A stretch of DNA of 60,217 nt from a virus. Its lineage: Duplodnaviria > Caudoviricetes. Positions 7,565 through 18,388 of the stretch are shown here, in pieces (the first letter of the stretch is position 1; each line of letters starts with the position of its first letter). The notes below the pieces were generated by a model that made no database searches, had not been told where the DNA came from, and worked only from the letters and a program-made list of their open reading frames with translations. The DNA is taken from IMG/VR virus record IMGVR_UViG_3300043427_000906, positions 1-60,217 of that record; one strand, given 5' to 3'. The translations under genes were made by a program, and so were the position numbers.

Positions 7565-8166
7565 TACCAGAAGTTGAATATAAAAAGATGGAGTTTAATC
7601 CAACGGTTAAAAAACCGTTGTTTTCGTCGTACCCTAAATTAACCCAAATTTTAGGCAAAGCTGACGACAAGCTAACTCGTTATGTGTTACTTATGTATGA
7701 CATGAATTCGCCACTTCGTGAGTACTATCCAGAGATATCGAAGCGTAAGCAATTTGCTGCTTCTATTGCTGGATTTGATTTAGATACCGAAGACGTTACT
7801 GGCCTATTTGATTTTAAAGTAAAGGTTGATGATGACGAGGTACCTTATGAAGAACTTTTAAATCTAATTGTTAAGTATTTAAAATACCAGAATAACTATG
7901 TATGGTCAATGATCGTAAGTAACGAGCAGGCGTTCTATGAATTTAATAAGAGGGTTATGCTGCCGGTGGATGGTAATAGAGATAAGGATATCTTACAAGC
8001 AATTACTATCAAGACGCAGATTATGACAGCACAAGATGAGATTGTCCAAAGACTTCACCGGTATCTTCGTCAGCTTACTGGTGAGGATGACCAGTTAGAA
8101 GAAGCAATGACAAAACGTAAACGAATAAGACCGGAGGATATAGCCAATGTTCAGTCCAATAAATAA
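7555..8166 (+). CDS. Hypothetical helical protein, possible small terminase
   Basis: Immediately upstream of and overlapping TerL; positional inference only. Confidence 0.45.
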   Translation: MEMIPEVEYKKMEFNPTVKKPLFSSYPKLTQILGKADDKLTRYVLLMYDMNSPLREYYPEISKRKQFAASIAGFDLDTEDVTGLFDFKVKVDDDEVPYEELLNLIVKYLKYQNNYVWSMIVSNEQAFYEFNKRVMLPVDGNRDKDILQAITIKTQIMTAQDEIVQRLHRYLRQLTGEDDQLEEAMTKRKRIRPEDIANVQSNK

Positions 8167-10150
8167 TGGTTCTAAAGAAAATATACAGGGGTTATTATGT
8201 TATACACCCCCACCCGGTTTTGTATTCAATATACTAAATGGGGAACTAGAGGAGCGATCTGTATACGCTAGGTCCCCAAAGAAGTCTGAACAGTATTTTG
8301 ATTATACTCCTTTGCCAAAGGATTATGCAAAGATTAGGGCTAAGGAGCAGCAAAGACAGAACGAGGACTCTGAGTATTTTGATCCTAAGCTGGAGCAATT
8401 TCGTCAGCAGGAGTGGGACCGTAGGCTTAATGGTTACTGGTTTTACAATAATGGCGTTCCCACATATATAACAGGGTTACACTATTTCTATTTAAATTAC
8501 TGGAATCTAGACACTGGATTACCAAAGTATAGGGACACTGATAGGAAATATTTTTATTTCATGCAGTACTGTATTGAAGATCCAGAGTGCATGGGTATGG
8601 TAGAGATTACTAAACGTAGGCAGGGTAAGACATTCCGTGGAGGTGTGTTCTTATATGAATATCCTTCTAGGACTAACAATGCAAAGTCTGGTATCCAGTC
8701 TAAGACAGGTGCAGATGCTAAGGAGGTGTTCCGTAAAGCTGTTATCCAACCATTTAAAAAACTTCCTGACTTCTTTGTTCCGATCTTTGATACGTCTAAG
8801 GGTTTAACCCCGACCTCCGAGCTTCGATTCTATCAAACTACTGTTAAGGGACGTAGAGCAAATACAATTAAGGATGAGCATGAGCTAGAGTCTGCAATAG
8901 ACTGGAAGACATCTGAAGCTATATCTTATGACGGCCAGAAGCTACATAGATACTTAGGAGATGAGGTTGGTAAGACAATGGAGGTTGATGTGTGGAATAG
9001 ATGGCTGGTTACAAAGTACTGTCATCTAGATGATGAGGGCCGTATTATAGGCAAGGCACTTCTTACTACAACAGTTGAGGATATGGAGCAGGGCGGTGCT
9101 TCTTTTAAAAAGATATGGGAGAACTCAGATCAGAATAATAAAAAGGGGAAAAGGACTGCATCTGGGCTTTATCGTTACTTCTGTAGCGCTGCAGAGACTA
9201 GATATTACAATGAATATGGCATAGCGGATAGGGCTAAGGCTGAGCAGGAGATTAGAGATGAAAGGAAGCTATTAGCCCACGACCCCCGAGCTTTAAGTTC
9301 TGTGATAAGAAAGGAGCCTATTGAGTGGGAAGAGGCATTCAGGATTGACGGTAGCAAGTGCTTATACAACCCTGAGTTACTGAACGAAAGAATGGATAGG
9401 TTAAGTTGGAAGGATAATTTGACAACAAGAGGTAACTTTGTGTGGCTTAATGGCGACCGAGACACTAGGGTTGTTTTTGAACCATCAAAGACTGGCCGGT
9501 GGGAGGTTTCAAAGCTATTTGAAAAGGAAGAGGAGAGCAACAATGTCAAAAGGGGTGGCGGTCTATTTTCCCCTGCTAACGGTTTGAACTTTGTTATTGG
9601 CGTGGACCCTGTGGACCACAACGTAACAGAAGATGGCAGGCGGTCTAATGGTGCTGGCATGGTACTACAGAAGTACAGCGCAGCTCGGGAGAACGACATC
9701 TATAACTACGCATTCGTTGCTAAGTACGCCTACCGTCCTGAGTCAGTCCAGATATTCTATGAGGATATGATTAAGATGGCCGTGTACTATGGTGCACCGG
9801 TATTGTTTGAGAACCAAAAGATTGGTCTCATGCACTACTTTGATGATAGGGGATATGCTCCATTCCTTATGTGGTTACCGGAAAGGAATCAGCCGGGTAT
9901 TGCGGCAAGTGCTAAAACGCACCAGCAGATAGCCGAGCTGACAGAGGATTATATCAACAAGATGTACGATCGGGTTTATTTTAAAGATCTGATCCAAGAC
10001 TGGCTAGAGTTTGATATATCCAAGACAACTAAGTTTGACTTGGCCATGGCAGCTGGGTACGCCCTAATCGCCGACCAAGTTAAAGTAAACGTGAAAGGAA
10101 CTGGTCAGATACGAGACGTGTCTGATTATTTTAGGAAGAATAAAATATAA
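8147..10150 (+). CDS. terL: Terminase large subunit
   Basis: Walker A KRRQGKT, Walker B YLGDEVGK, nuclease IGVDPVD and TTKFDLAMAAG. Confidence 0.92.
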   Translation: MFSPINNGSKENIQGLLCYTPPPGFVFNILNGELEERSVYARSPKKSEQYFDYTPLPKDYAKIRAKEQQRQNEDSEYFDPKLEQFRQQEWDRRLNGYWFYNNGVPTYITGLHYFYLNYWNLDTGLPKYRDTDRKYFYFMQYCIEDPECMGMVEITKRRQGKTFRGGVFLYEYPSRTNNAKSGIQSKTGADAKEVFRKAVIQPFKKLPDFFVPIFDTSKGLTPTSELRFYQTTVKGRRANTIKDEHELESAIDWKTSEAISYDGQKLHRYLGDEVGKTMEVDVWNRWLVTKYCHLDDEGRIIGKALLTTTVEDMEQGGASFKKIWENSDQNNKKGKRTASGLYRYFCSAAETRYYNEYGIADRAKAEQEIRDERKLLAHDPRALSSVIRKEPIEWEEAFRIDGSKCLYNPELLNERMDRLSWKDNLTTRGNFVWLNGDRDTRVVFEPSKTGRWEVSKLFEKEEESNNVKRGGGLFSPANGLNFVIGVDPVDHNVTEDGRRSNGAGMVLQKYSAARENDIYNYAFVAKYAYRPESVQIFYEDMIKMAVYYGAPVLFENQKIGLMHYFDDRGYAPFLMWLPERNQPGIAASAKTHQQIAELTEDYINKMYDRVYFKDLIQDWLEFDISKTTKFDLAMAAGYALIADQVKVNVKGTGQIRDVSDYFRKNKI

Positions 10151-10152
10151 AA

Positions 10153-12636
10153 ATGGACAAACTCCAGAAGACTGATTTCCCAAGTCACCTAATCGATCCA
10201 AGAGAAAAGGGTCGCGACTGGGTTCTTCAGTATTGTAAAGCAGCGTGGAGCTCTTTTGATAATGATCTACCACGCGAGATCTTTTACCATGCCCGCTACC
10301 GTTATGAGGTAATCATGCAGTATGCTGTTGGTAATCAATCAATTAATAAGTACAGACCTTTAATGCAAGTGGATGAAGCCTCTAACGAGGATTGGCTTAA
10401 TATCGACTGGTCTGTTATGCCAATTGTCCCAAAGTTTAGAAGAATCGCTTTAGGTAAATTAAACAAAGTTGGATATAATATTGTCGCTACTCCGATCGAC
10501 TCCTTGGCTAATGATGAAATTCAGGATTACTTTGCTAATCTTAAAGCTAAGATTCAGCTTCGTGAAGAAGCGGCCAAGCTTGACGCCTCATTGCTGGAAT
10601 CGCCAGCACTGCAGTTAATGCCTAATGAGGCAAAGGATATGGAGGAGCTAGAGATGCAGATGAACTACACGTTCAAGCATCAGATGGCTATTGAGGCAGA
10701 GCAGGGGATTAAACTTGTACTTGAGCAGAATCAGATCGAAAAGCTTCGTGAAGGTGTGCGTCAGGATTTGTTTGACTACGGAGTCGCTGGGTATAAAGAA
10801 TATATTGATAGTAATGGTGCTGTTAAAGTTAGAAAGGTAAACCCTAGAAATATTCTTATAAACAATTGTAAGAATAAAGATTTCTCCGATGCTTCTTATA
10901 TTGGTGAGATAACAGAGATGAGCATATCTGATTTAAAGCAGATGGCTGGTCATCAGTTTAGCGAAGAGGAGTATGAAGAAATTGCTAAGAAACATGTAGG
11001 TTATCTAGGTAATCCATCTGAATGGCCTTCTTCATTATCTGTATATAATAAGGGTTATGATAGATTCAGGATTCGTGTACTTGATTTGGAGTTCTTTTCT
11101 GTCAATGAGATGGTTTTTGAAAGTCGTATTGATCGCCGTGGTAATAAGGTTTATGCTCGGGGAAAGTATGATGAGAAGAATAAAAGAAAAGATAAGTTTG
11201 AGCGTGTAGCATACAAGGTAGTATATAAAGGTAAATGGATTGTTGGTACAGACTATTTATTTGATTATGGTCTTTGTACTAATATGAAGCGTGCTAAGTC
11301 GTCTCTCATGGATACACAGTTGAGTTATCACTTGATTGCTCCTGAGTTCTGGGATATGAAGGCTTATGGCATTATGCAGCACTTGATACCAATGGCTGAT
11401 GCTATTCAGATTGCATGGTATCGTTTGCAAAATGCAATCAATCAGGCTAGACCTAAAGGTATTATGATCGAGATGGGCGCACTAGAGGATATCCCACTTG
11501 GTGCTGGCGGTAAGAGATTAACGCCAATGAAGGTATTAGATCTTTACAACAAGACTGGTACATTGGTTTATCGTAAGAGCGATCAACAGGGACGTATGAC
11601 CAACTACAAGCCAATCGAAGAGTTGGAGAATGGGTTAGGTCGTGATGCAATGAATTACTGGCAGATCATTCAAAATAATATCCAGCTCATCCGCGATGTA
11701 ACTGGTATGAATGAAATGACTGATGGCTCTACCCCAGATCCTCGCACATTAACTACTGTAGCTAAGCTTGCTTATGAGGGTACTAATAATGCATTGACAA
11801 GTATTGTGCATGGTGAGAAGCAGTTATTAGAATCGTTATCTAATGCTGTTATATTAAGACTACAGGATGTTTCTTCTAGTGGTGAGGTTAAGGGTTATGT
11901 TCGTGCTCTTGGGTCTAACACTATGAAGTTCTTTAAGGCTTCTCCGCATTTAGCTCTATATGAGTTTGGTATATTCTTAGAGGATAAGCCAACAGACGAT
12001 GAGCGTGCTATGTTGCAGCAGCAAGTAATGGCTGGTCAGGCTAATGGCTTATTAGACATAGAGGATGCTATTATTATTCAGAATACCGATAACCTAAAGG
12101 TTGCTCAGCAGCTGCTTGCATATAAGATTAAAAAACGCCGTCAAGAAGAAGAGGATAAAGCAATGCGCATGCAGCAAATGAATGCACAGGTGCAACAGCA
12201 ATCCGCAATGGTAGCTGAACAAGCTAAGCAACAGACCATTCAAACAGAAGGTCAAGTTAAGAGCCAGCTTATCCAGTTAGAAAAGGAATACGATGCTAAG
12301 ATCTTAGAGATGAAATATAGCTATGAGATCGAGCTAGAGAAGATGCGTATGCAGGGCAAGGTTGAAACCAAGAAGGTAGAGAACAAGGGTAAGAAGAGTG
12401 TTACTAAGATAAAGATGGGTCAACCTGATACAGATGTTGAAGAGCCTGCAGAAACAATGGCTGTTGGGCAAGAGATGTTAATGGTACCTCAACAACCTAT
12501 AGAGCAGCCTACGCAACAGCAGATGATGCCAGAGCAGATGATGCTAGATCAGGAAATGCCAGAGGCAGAAGAAGAGGTAGAAGAAGTAGAAGAAATAGAA
12601 GAAGAAGGTGGAGAGATGGAGGGGGAGGAAAAATAA
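10153..12636 (+). CDS. Portal protein with coiled-coil and acidic C-terminal tail
   Basis: Follows TerL; WLNIDW..PIVPKF, VVYKGKWIVGT, IRDVTGMNE..DGSTP motifs typical of crAss-like/Bacteroidota podophage portals. Confidence 0.85.
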   Translation: MDKLQKTDFPSHLIDPREKGRDWVLQYCKAAWSSFDNDLPREIFYHARYRYEVIMQYAVGNQSINKYRPLMQVDEASNEDWLNIDWSVMPIVPKFRRIALGKLNKVGYNIVATPIDSLANDEIQDYFANLKAKIQLREEAAKLDASLLESPALQLMPNEAKDMEELEMQMNYTFKHQMAIEAEQGIKLVLEQNQIEKLREGVRQDLFDYGVAGYKEYIDSNGAVKVRKVNPRNILINNCKNKDFSDASYIGEITEMSISDLKQMAGHQFSEEEYEEIAKKHVGYLGNPSEWPSSLSVYNKGYDRFRIRVLDLEFFSVNEMVFESRIDRRGNKVYARGKYDEKNKRKDKFERVAYKVVYKGKWIVGTDYLFDYGLCTNMKRAKSSLMDTQLSYHLIAPEFWDMKAYGIMQHLIPMADAIQIAWYRLQNAINQARPKGIMIEMGALEDIPLGAGGKRLTPMKVLDLYNKTGTLVYRKSDQQGRMTNYKPIEELENGLGRDAMNYWQIIQNNIQLIRDVTGMNEMTDGSTPDPRTLTTVAKLAYEGTNNALTSIVHGEKQLLESLSNAVILRLQDVSSSGEVKGYVRALGSNTMKFFKASPHLALYEFGIFLEDKPTDDERAMLQQQVMAGQANGLLDIEDAIIIQNTDNLKVAQQLLAYKIKKRRQEEEDKAMRMQQMNAQVQQQSAMVAEQAKQQTIQTEGQVKSQLIQLEKEYDAKILEMKYSYEIELEKMRMQGKVETKKVENKGKKSVTKIKMGQPDTDVEEPAETMAVGQEMLMVPQQPIEQPTQQQMMPEQMMLDQEMPEAEEEVEEVEEIEEEGGEMEGEEK

Positions 12637-12704
12637 TTCACCCCCTCTAATCCATTGTTATTCAAAACCTTTGGTAAAACTTTGCATAACCAAATAATAT
12701 AAAT

Positions 12705-13709
12705 ATGAGCGATGAGCTGAATTTCAACGAGTTGTCATTGAATGATGTTACCGTTGGAGGTAAACCTATAGTAGAAGCTGCACCAGAACAGGCGCCAGTA
12801 GAAGCTAAAACAGAACCTGCTGCAGAAGAACAGACTCCCGTAGAGACTGCACTAGAGCAAAAGGTAGAAGCCCCAGTCGATGAAGAGGTATCCGGCAGGG
12901 CAAGACAGGCGGTCCCAAAGTATGAATTCAAAGATGACTTCATTAAGGGCGCCGTTGAATATTATGAGAAGACAGGTGATTTGACACCATATCTTCAAGC
13001 GAAAACTGTAGATTTTTCTACTATGGATGATGCGGCGGTTATGAGACGTAACCTACGCGAACAGTATCCAGATGTTTCTGAAAAGGCGTTTGATCGTCTT
13101 TTTCAGCAGCAGGTAGTTGATAAGTTTAAGCTTGACCCAGAGCAGTGGGGAGAAGATGACGTAGAACTTGGGAAAGAACTTCTAAGATCTGAAGCTCAGA
13201 AACTCCGCACACAGTATATGGACTGGCAGAAAAAATTTGTGGCTCCGGAACCACAAGCTAATCCAGAAGCTGAAGCTCAAGAGACTGCGATGCAAGAGGC
13301 GATTGCTCAATTTGAGAAATCGGTATCTGAGAACTCTCTTACTAGATCTATCTTAGAGGCTAAGAGACTTAGCATTAAGACGGGCGATGATGAGTTCAAT
13401 TATGAGTTGCAGAATCCTCAAGATATGGTTGAGATGACACTGGATAATAACAAGTTCTTTCAGCAATTCGCGTCTGGCGAAAACCAATTAGACTATAGTA
13501 AATGGTATAAGACCGTTGCCTACAGTCAGAATCCCGAGCAATTTGAACGTGCTCTGATTAACTTTGGTAAGACGCTTGGACGTTCCGAAGTGACGAAAGA
13601 AATTAAGAATCCATCTACTGCTCCTGTAGGTGATGTTCCGACAGAAAGTTCGGGGGACTTTACTTCAGGTCTTCTCCAAGCTTTCGCAAGTAGGGGTATT
13701 TCAAAATAA
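12705..13709 (+). CDS. Scaffolding-like acidic protein
   Basis: Position between portal and capsid; acidic low-complexity N-terminus. Confidence 0.6.
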   Translation: MSDELNFNELSLNDVTVGGKPIVEAAPEQAPVEAKTEPAAEEQTPVETALEQKVEAPVDEEVSGRARQAVPKYEFKDDFIKGAVEYYEKTGDLTPYLQAKTVDFSTMDDAAVMRRNLREQYPDVSEKAFDRLFQQQVVDKFKLDPEQWGEDDVELGKELLRSEAQKLRTQYMDWQKKFVAPEPQANPEAEAQETAMQEAIAQFEKSVSENSLTRSILEAKRLSIKTGDDEFNYELQNPQDMVEMTLDNNKFFQQFASGENQLDYSKWYKTVAYSQNPEQFERALINFGKTLGRSEVTKEIKNPSTAPVGDVPTESSGDFTSGLLQAFASRGISK

Positions 13710-13734
13710 TTTTTAACAAAAAAAATAATTAATC

Positions 13735-15063
13735 ATGGCGGGTGTTTTAGGAAACATTAACAAAAGTTATGTTTCATCAATCAACTTCCTCGATCAGCGT
13801 GAGATCCTGAACAAAGTTCTGGACGTAACCAACGAGGAAATCTCTTTCTTAGATATCATGGAGTTAACTAATCGTTCTACTCCTACTTCAGTTCCTGTTT
13901 ACAATCACTTCGTAAACGAAGAGCTTTATGTTCTCGGTACTGTTAGTGCTGTAACTGGTTCTGGTGTAACTGGTACAACTTCTGCTCCTCCTTCTGTAAC
14001 TGCTACAATCGACGCTACTGCTTTTGCTTATGTAAACGTAGGTGAGTTGGTTATGTTCCCTGATGGAAAAGTAGGATATGTGACTGGTAAAGCTGCTACT
14101 ACTAATATCGTAGTTAAGTCTGTAGATGGTTCTACATTGACTTTGGTTAGCGGTGACAAGATTTCTTTCTTCTCTAATGCTGCTGGTGAAGGTTCTCTTT
14201 CTCCTGAGGCTAAGAAGTGGGGAGTAACTAAGTACGACAACCAAGTGCAAATCTTCAAAGGTAAGTTCAGTATCACTGACATCCAGAAGGCTTCTAAGGT
14301 TGAAGTTGAGTTCCAAGGTAAACCTTTCTACATGTACAAGGGTCAGCACGAGAGCTTAATGAAGTTCCGTGGCGATATCTCTACTGCTTTGATGTTCGGA
14401 CGTAAGAGCTCTACTCTGTTCGCAGATGCTGCTCCTGCTCTAACTGATGCTGATGGTAAGCCTGTACAAACTACAGGTGGTATGGATCAGCTTGTTACAT
14501 CTCGTGGTATCAACCAATCTTTGTTAACTGCAGGTACTGCAACTCTTGCTGACATTCAGACTCTGACTCAGACTTTGAACAAAGCTCGTTGCCCTCAAGA
14601 GTACTTCTTGTTTGTAGGTACAACTATGAACATTGCTCTTGACAACTTGTTTAACAACTTAGGTAACAGTGCATTGCTTTCTCAAGGTGCTCGTTTCCAG
14701 ATCGATGGTAAAACTTTGGATCTTGGAATCGATACTGTTAAGATCTACGGACGTACTTACCACAAAAAGTATTTACCTCTGTTAGACCACCAGAACATCG
14801 TAAACTACACTGGTTCTCCAAACTTTAAGAACAGTGCTTACGGTGCTCCTGCTGGAAAGATCAAGACTAACGACGGTCAAATGTTGGATCGCTTTGGCGT
14901 TCGCTACATGGCTGGTGACGGAACTGACCTGAAGTATCGTGAGATCCTTCTTGGTGGTTTGGCTCCTGTTCCAACTAACGAGCGTTCTGTATTGGAGATC
15001 CACTACGAGAGCGTACAAGGTCTGGAGATCCTCGGTGCAAACCAGTTCTTCAAGCTTTCCTAA
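13735..15063 (+). CDS. Major capsid protein
   Basis: Position, 442 aa, strongly biased codon usage, downstream terminator; ALMFG..TTGG motif. Confidence 0.85.
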   Translation: MAGVLGNINKSYVSSINFLDQREILNKVLDVTNEEISFLDIMELTNRSTPTSVPVYNHFVNEELYVLGTVSAVTGSGVTGTTSAPPSVTATIDATAFAYVNVGELVMFPDGKVGYVTGKAATTNIVVKSVDGSTLTLVSGDKISFFSNAAGEGSLSPEAKKWGVTKYDNQVQIFKGKFSITDIQKASKVEVEFQGKPFYMYKGQHESLMKFRGDISTALMFGRKSSTLFADAAPALTDADGKPVQTTGGMDQLVTSRGINQSLLTAGTATLADIQTLTQTLNKARCPQEYFLFVGTTMNIALDNLFNNLGNSALLSQGARFQIDGKTLDLGIDTVKIYGRTYHKKYLPLLDHQNIVNYTGSPNFKNSAYGAPAGKIKTNDGQMLDRFGVRYMAGDGTDLKYREILLGGLAPVPTNERSVLEIHYESVQGLEILGANQFFKLS

Positions 15064-15094
15064 GCTGATTATCAATCAATTAGCTATAGCATAC

Positions 15095-15128
15095 GGTAAG
15101 GGGATAAAACCCCTTACCTTTGCTTTTT
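15095..15128 (+). terminator. Intrinsic terminator after capsid gene
   Basis: GGTAAGGGG-ATAAAA-CCCCTTACC followed by T-rich tail. Confidence 0.75.
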
Positions 15129-15151
15129 ATCAATAACCAAAAACACACCAG

Positions 15152-15982
15152 ATGAAAAAAACAGAAATGTACAATCAGCTATCTGATAAGCTGATTAAAT
15201 CAACCATGCTGAAGCCGGGTCAATCTGTAACCTATCGGCTACACAACATTCAGAGAGATGCTTTTGACCCAAACAGATTAGCTATCCCAGCTGTAAAGGG
15301 AGTTCCACTTATTGATACAATTTGGGATGAAGAGAAGGGAGAATTTGTAGATATCGCTGCTGTCCGTTCTGTTGACGGTCAGGGCAATCACATCTTCCAT
15401 GAAATAAACTTCTACTCAAATATGGCGGGTCATATGATCCTGACTGGAGGTCGTGCATTTGATCAGGAGATCCATAGCTATCTTAGTCTATGCGATTATA
15501 ACGCCTCAAAACCAAACAGAGATAATACTAAAGAAGCTATCTTTGAGCTTGTTGATGAGACAGCTACTGCAGAGAAAGAAAGTAGAACACGTAATCAGCG
15601 CCGTGAGGCATTGAATGCTGCTGCTGACTTAAGCGCTGAAGATGTTAAGACATACGCTTCTGCATTAGGTAAAGATGATTCTAAAGCTGTTTCTGTTCTA
15701 AGAAATGAACTAGAGGAATTGGCTGATAAAGATCCCGGTGCATTCTTAGATCTTATTAGTAATAAACTTGCTGTAGTTACTGCTACAGTAAATAGGGCGA
15801 TTAAAAAAGGAACCATCCTGTACAATCAGGAGCAGTCCAGATTTGAATGGCCTAATAAAGAAGTGATCTTGGTTGTTGCCAGAACTGGCAGCGATGCGAT
15901 CGATGAGTTTGTAAGTTTCTGTACCAGCTCTCCAAAGGGTGAAAAGGTACTCCAGACTCTTCAGAGTAAAACCAAAAAGTGA
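15152..15982 (+). CDS. Hypothetical protein following capsid
   Basis: 276-aa ORF; synteny. Confidence 0.7.
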   Translation: MKKTEMYNQLSDKLIKSTMLKPGQSVTYRLHNIQRDAFDPNRLAIPAVKGVPLIDTIWDEEKGEFVDIAAVRSVDGQGNHIFHEINFYSNMAGHMILTGGRAFDQEIHSYLSLCDYNASKPNRDNTKEAIFELVDETATAEKESRTRNQRREALNAAADLSAEDVKTYASALGKDDSKAVSVLRNELEELADKDPGAFLDLISNKLAVVTATVNRAIKKGTILYNQEQSRFEWPNKEVILVVARTGSDAIDEFVSFCTSSPKGEKVLQTLQSKTKK

Positions 15983-16033
15983 TCCTTAGCTTACGACTAA
16001 GCTGAGGTTCATCTCGTGTTTGGTTGTTTGGTG

Positions 16034-16064
16034 AAAGCCTCCTGTTTCTACAGGGGGCTTTTTT
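16034..16064 (+). terminator. Intrinsic terminator
   Basis: AAAGCCTCCTG-TTTCTA-CAGGGGGCTTT-TTT. Confidence 0.8.
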
Positions 16065-16113
16065 GTGCCTCCTTTCTGAGTGGAATTATTTACCTTTGAC
16101 TTAATTTTGCTTC

Positions 16114-17289
16114 ATGCCCATGATATCTAATATGTCTTTTGGGGTCAAATTTGATCTTGATGGCATACCTACGCTAGTTCTTACGGATACTACCACATCT
16201 CCACCTGTTGGGTTTGTGGGCATATTCTCTATTACTCAGCCAGATGGCTACACACGAACTGGGAATATTTCTAGCCCAGATATACCATCAGCAGGTTCTA
16301 GCTTTTCATATGTTTTAACACTAGACTCAACAGGTCAGGTACAGCGTGGTTCATACACGATTGTGTTTACGGGGGCGGCTCCGGGGTATATATCTACAGA
16401 TTTCAATAGGACGTTCCAGTTTCAATACTTACCAGTTACCTTAAGCCTTACAGAAGAGTTTGATGTATTTACGCCGAAACTTGAATATATAGATTCAACT
16501 GTTTATCAAGTAGCTAACTATAATAACACATCTGTAACAAGAGCTTGGACGGCTGTATCTACACCAACAGGAACTATAACTGGTAATACTTCTACGTTTG
16601 ATGTTAAATATCTAAACCAGTATTGGGATGCCTATTATACAATTACATTAAGCGCTAGTACTGTCTATACACATCAGGTGTATTCTTGGTTAACTGTAGA
16701 GGAGACTATTACTAAATCAGTATCTACATATGCAGAAACTCCTAAGACGCTTCTGCAGATAATCACACTTATTAGTGCGCTTAAAACAAAAGTAGATCTA
16801 GCGGTAGATACGGTTTCTAATCTAGAGCAGGTTAAGGAAGACTTTGAATATGCGCAGAGCTTACTTGTGCATATTATAGATAAGCTGAAAGTTAACAATC
16901 TAGCTAACATAGATCGTGATCTAAAGGATCTATTAGCCGTATTGCATAACTATCAAATACCAACATACGTACCAACAAACTTACCAATACCGCCATATAA
17001 CTGGAGTGCATACAATACAGTTGCTTGGGGTAACATAACTGGTAATATACAAAACCAAACCGATCTATGGACTATTCTTCAGACGCTAACAGTACAGAAT
17101 AATTATGTGCATGATCAGCAAGTAGCAAGTGCTTCTTGGGTTATAGTTCATAATATGGGGAAGAAGCCAAGTGTTAGTATTGTAGATACTGCGGATGATG
17201 AAGTAATTGCAAAAGTAACTTATAACTCTAATAATCAAGTAACATTAACTTTTTCTTCTCCAATTAGCGGGAAGGCATATTTAAATTAA
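16114..17289 (+). CDS. Virion structural protein
   Basis: Beta-rich N-terminus; AWGNITGNIQNQTDL and HDQ..AS..W.I.HNMGKKPSV fibre-associated motifs. Confidence 0.65.
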   Translation: MPMISNMSFGVKFDLDGIPTLVLTDTTTSPPVGFVGIFSITQPDGYTRTGNISSPDIPSAGSSFSYVLTLDSTGQVQRGSYTIVFTGAAPGYISTDFNRTFQFQYLPVTLSLTEEFDVFTPKLEYIDSTVYQVANYNNTSVTRAWTAVSTPTGTITGNTSTFDVKYLNQYWDAYYTITLSASTVYTHQVYSWLTVEETITKSVSTYAETPKTLLQIITLISALKTKVDLAVDTVSNLEQVKEDFEYAQSLLVHIIDKLKVNNLANIDRDLKDLLAVLHNYQIPTYVPTNLPIPPYNWSAYNTVAWGNITGNIQNQTDLWTILQTLTVQNNYVHDQQVASASWVIVHNMGKKPSVSIVDTADDEVIAKVTYNSNNQVTLTFSSPISGKAYLN

Positions 17290-17293
17290 TCCT

Positions 17294-18388
17294 ATGTCAA
17301 AAAAGATGTTGGTCAATTTAGACCTAACGAAAAATCAGATCCTCAACGTAGCGTTGCAGAATCTTGGTGGCCCACCCGCTTCTCCAGTGGCTGGTCAGAT
17401 TTATTATAACACATCTGATAATAATGTTTATTATTGGAATGGTACAGCTTGGGTAAGCATCTCAGGAGATATTACTGCTGTAGTTGCTGGCGCAGGTCTT
17501 ACTGGTGGTGGTACTAGCGGATCTGTAACTTTAGATCTTAACCCAGATAATACTACAATTGAAGTTGACTCTGACATTGTAAGAATTAAAGATCTTGGGG
17601 TTAGTACTGGTAAATTAGCAAATGATGCTGTTACGACTATTAAGGTGACAGATTCTAATATTACATTCGCTAAAATACAGAACATTGCTACAATGACCGT
17701 TATGGGTCGTGTGGCTTCTGGCACTGGTGTTGCTAGTGAGATTTCAATTCTAGACAGCAATACAATGTCAGGCGCGTCTTCTTTAAACTTAGCAACAGCT
17801 GGTTCAATTAAGGCATATGTTGATAACACTGTGGCTGGCCTAGGTAATCTTGAAGGTGGGTTCGCCGCAGGTTCTTCTGTTAACTTCCCTACTGGTGCTG
17901 GTGGCACTAAGAAAGGAGACTATTGGTATGTTACCAGTGCGGGTACAGTTCAAGGAGTTGCATTAAATATTGGCGATGTATTGATCGCTAATATCGATAA
18001 CGCTTCTCCCACTTCAGCTTCTGACTGGACATTCCTTGAGTCTAATCGTGATCAGGCTACTGAAACAGTTCTTGGTGTTGTAAGACTTGCGACTCAAGTA
18101 GAAGCTGATGCAGGAATAAATGATACTGCAGTTATCACCCCATTAAAATTAAAAACAGTTCTTGATAACCGTGTTGGCGGCTATGCTGCTAATATTGGTA
18201 ACGGAGCTGCTACATCTTACGCTGTTACTCACTCGCTGAATACAATTGATGTTATTGTTATGATTAAGGACAACGCAACTCTTGAAGAAGTTTTTGCTGA
18301 CGTCGTTATAACAGATGCAAATACCGTGACGGTAAGTTTTGCAATTGCTCCACTTAGTAATGCATACAGAGTAATAATTAAGAAATAA
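17294..18388 (+). CDS. Fibre/structural protein
   Basis: DLTKNQILN, AGAGLTGGGTSG, ATETVLGVVRLATQ.E, C-terminal THSLNT.DVIV domain. Confidence 0.7.
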   Translation: MSKKMLVNLDLTKNQILNVALQNLGGPPASPVAGQIYYNTSDNNVYYWNGTAWVSISGDITAVVAGAGLTGGGTSGSVTLDLNPDNTTIEVDSDIVRIKDLGVSTGKLANDAVTTIKVTDSNITFAKIQNIATMTVMGRVASGTGVASEISILDSNTMSGASSLNLATAGSIKAYVDNTVAGLGNLEGGFAAGSSVNFPTGAGGTKKGDYWYVTSAGTVQGVALNIGDVLIANIDNASPTSASDWTFLESNRDQATETVLGVVRLATQVEADAGINDTAVITPLKLKTVLDNRVGGYAANIGNGAATSYAVTHSLNTIDVIVMIKDNATLEEVFADVVITDANTVTVSFAIAPLSNAYRVIIKK

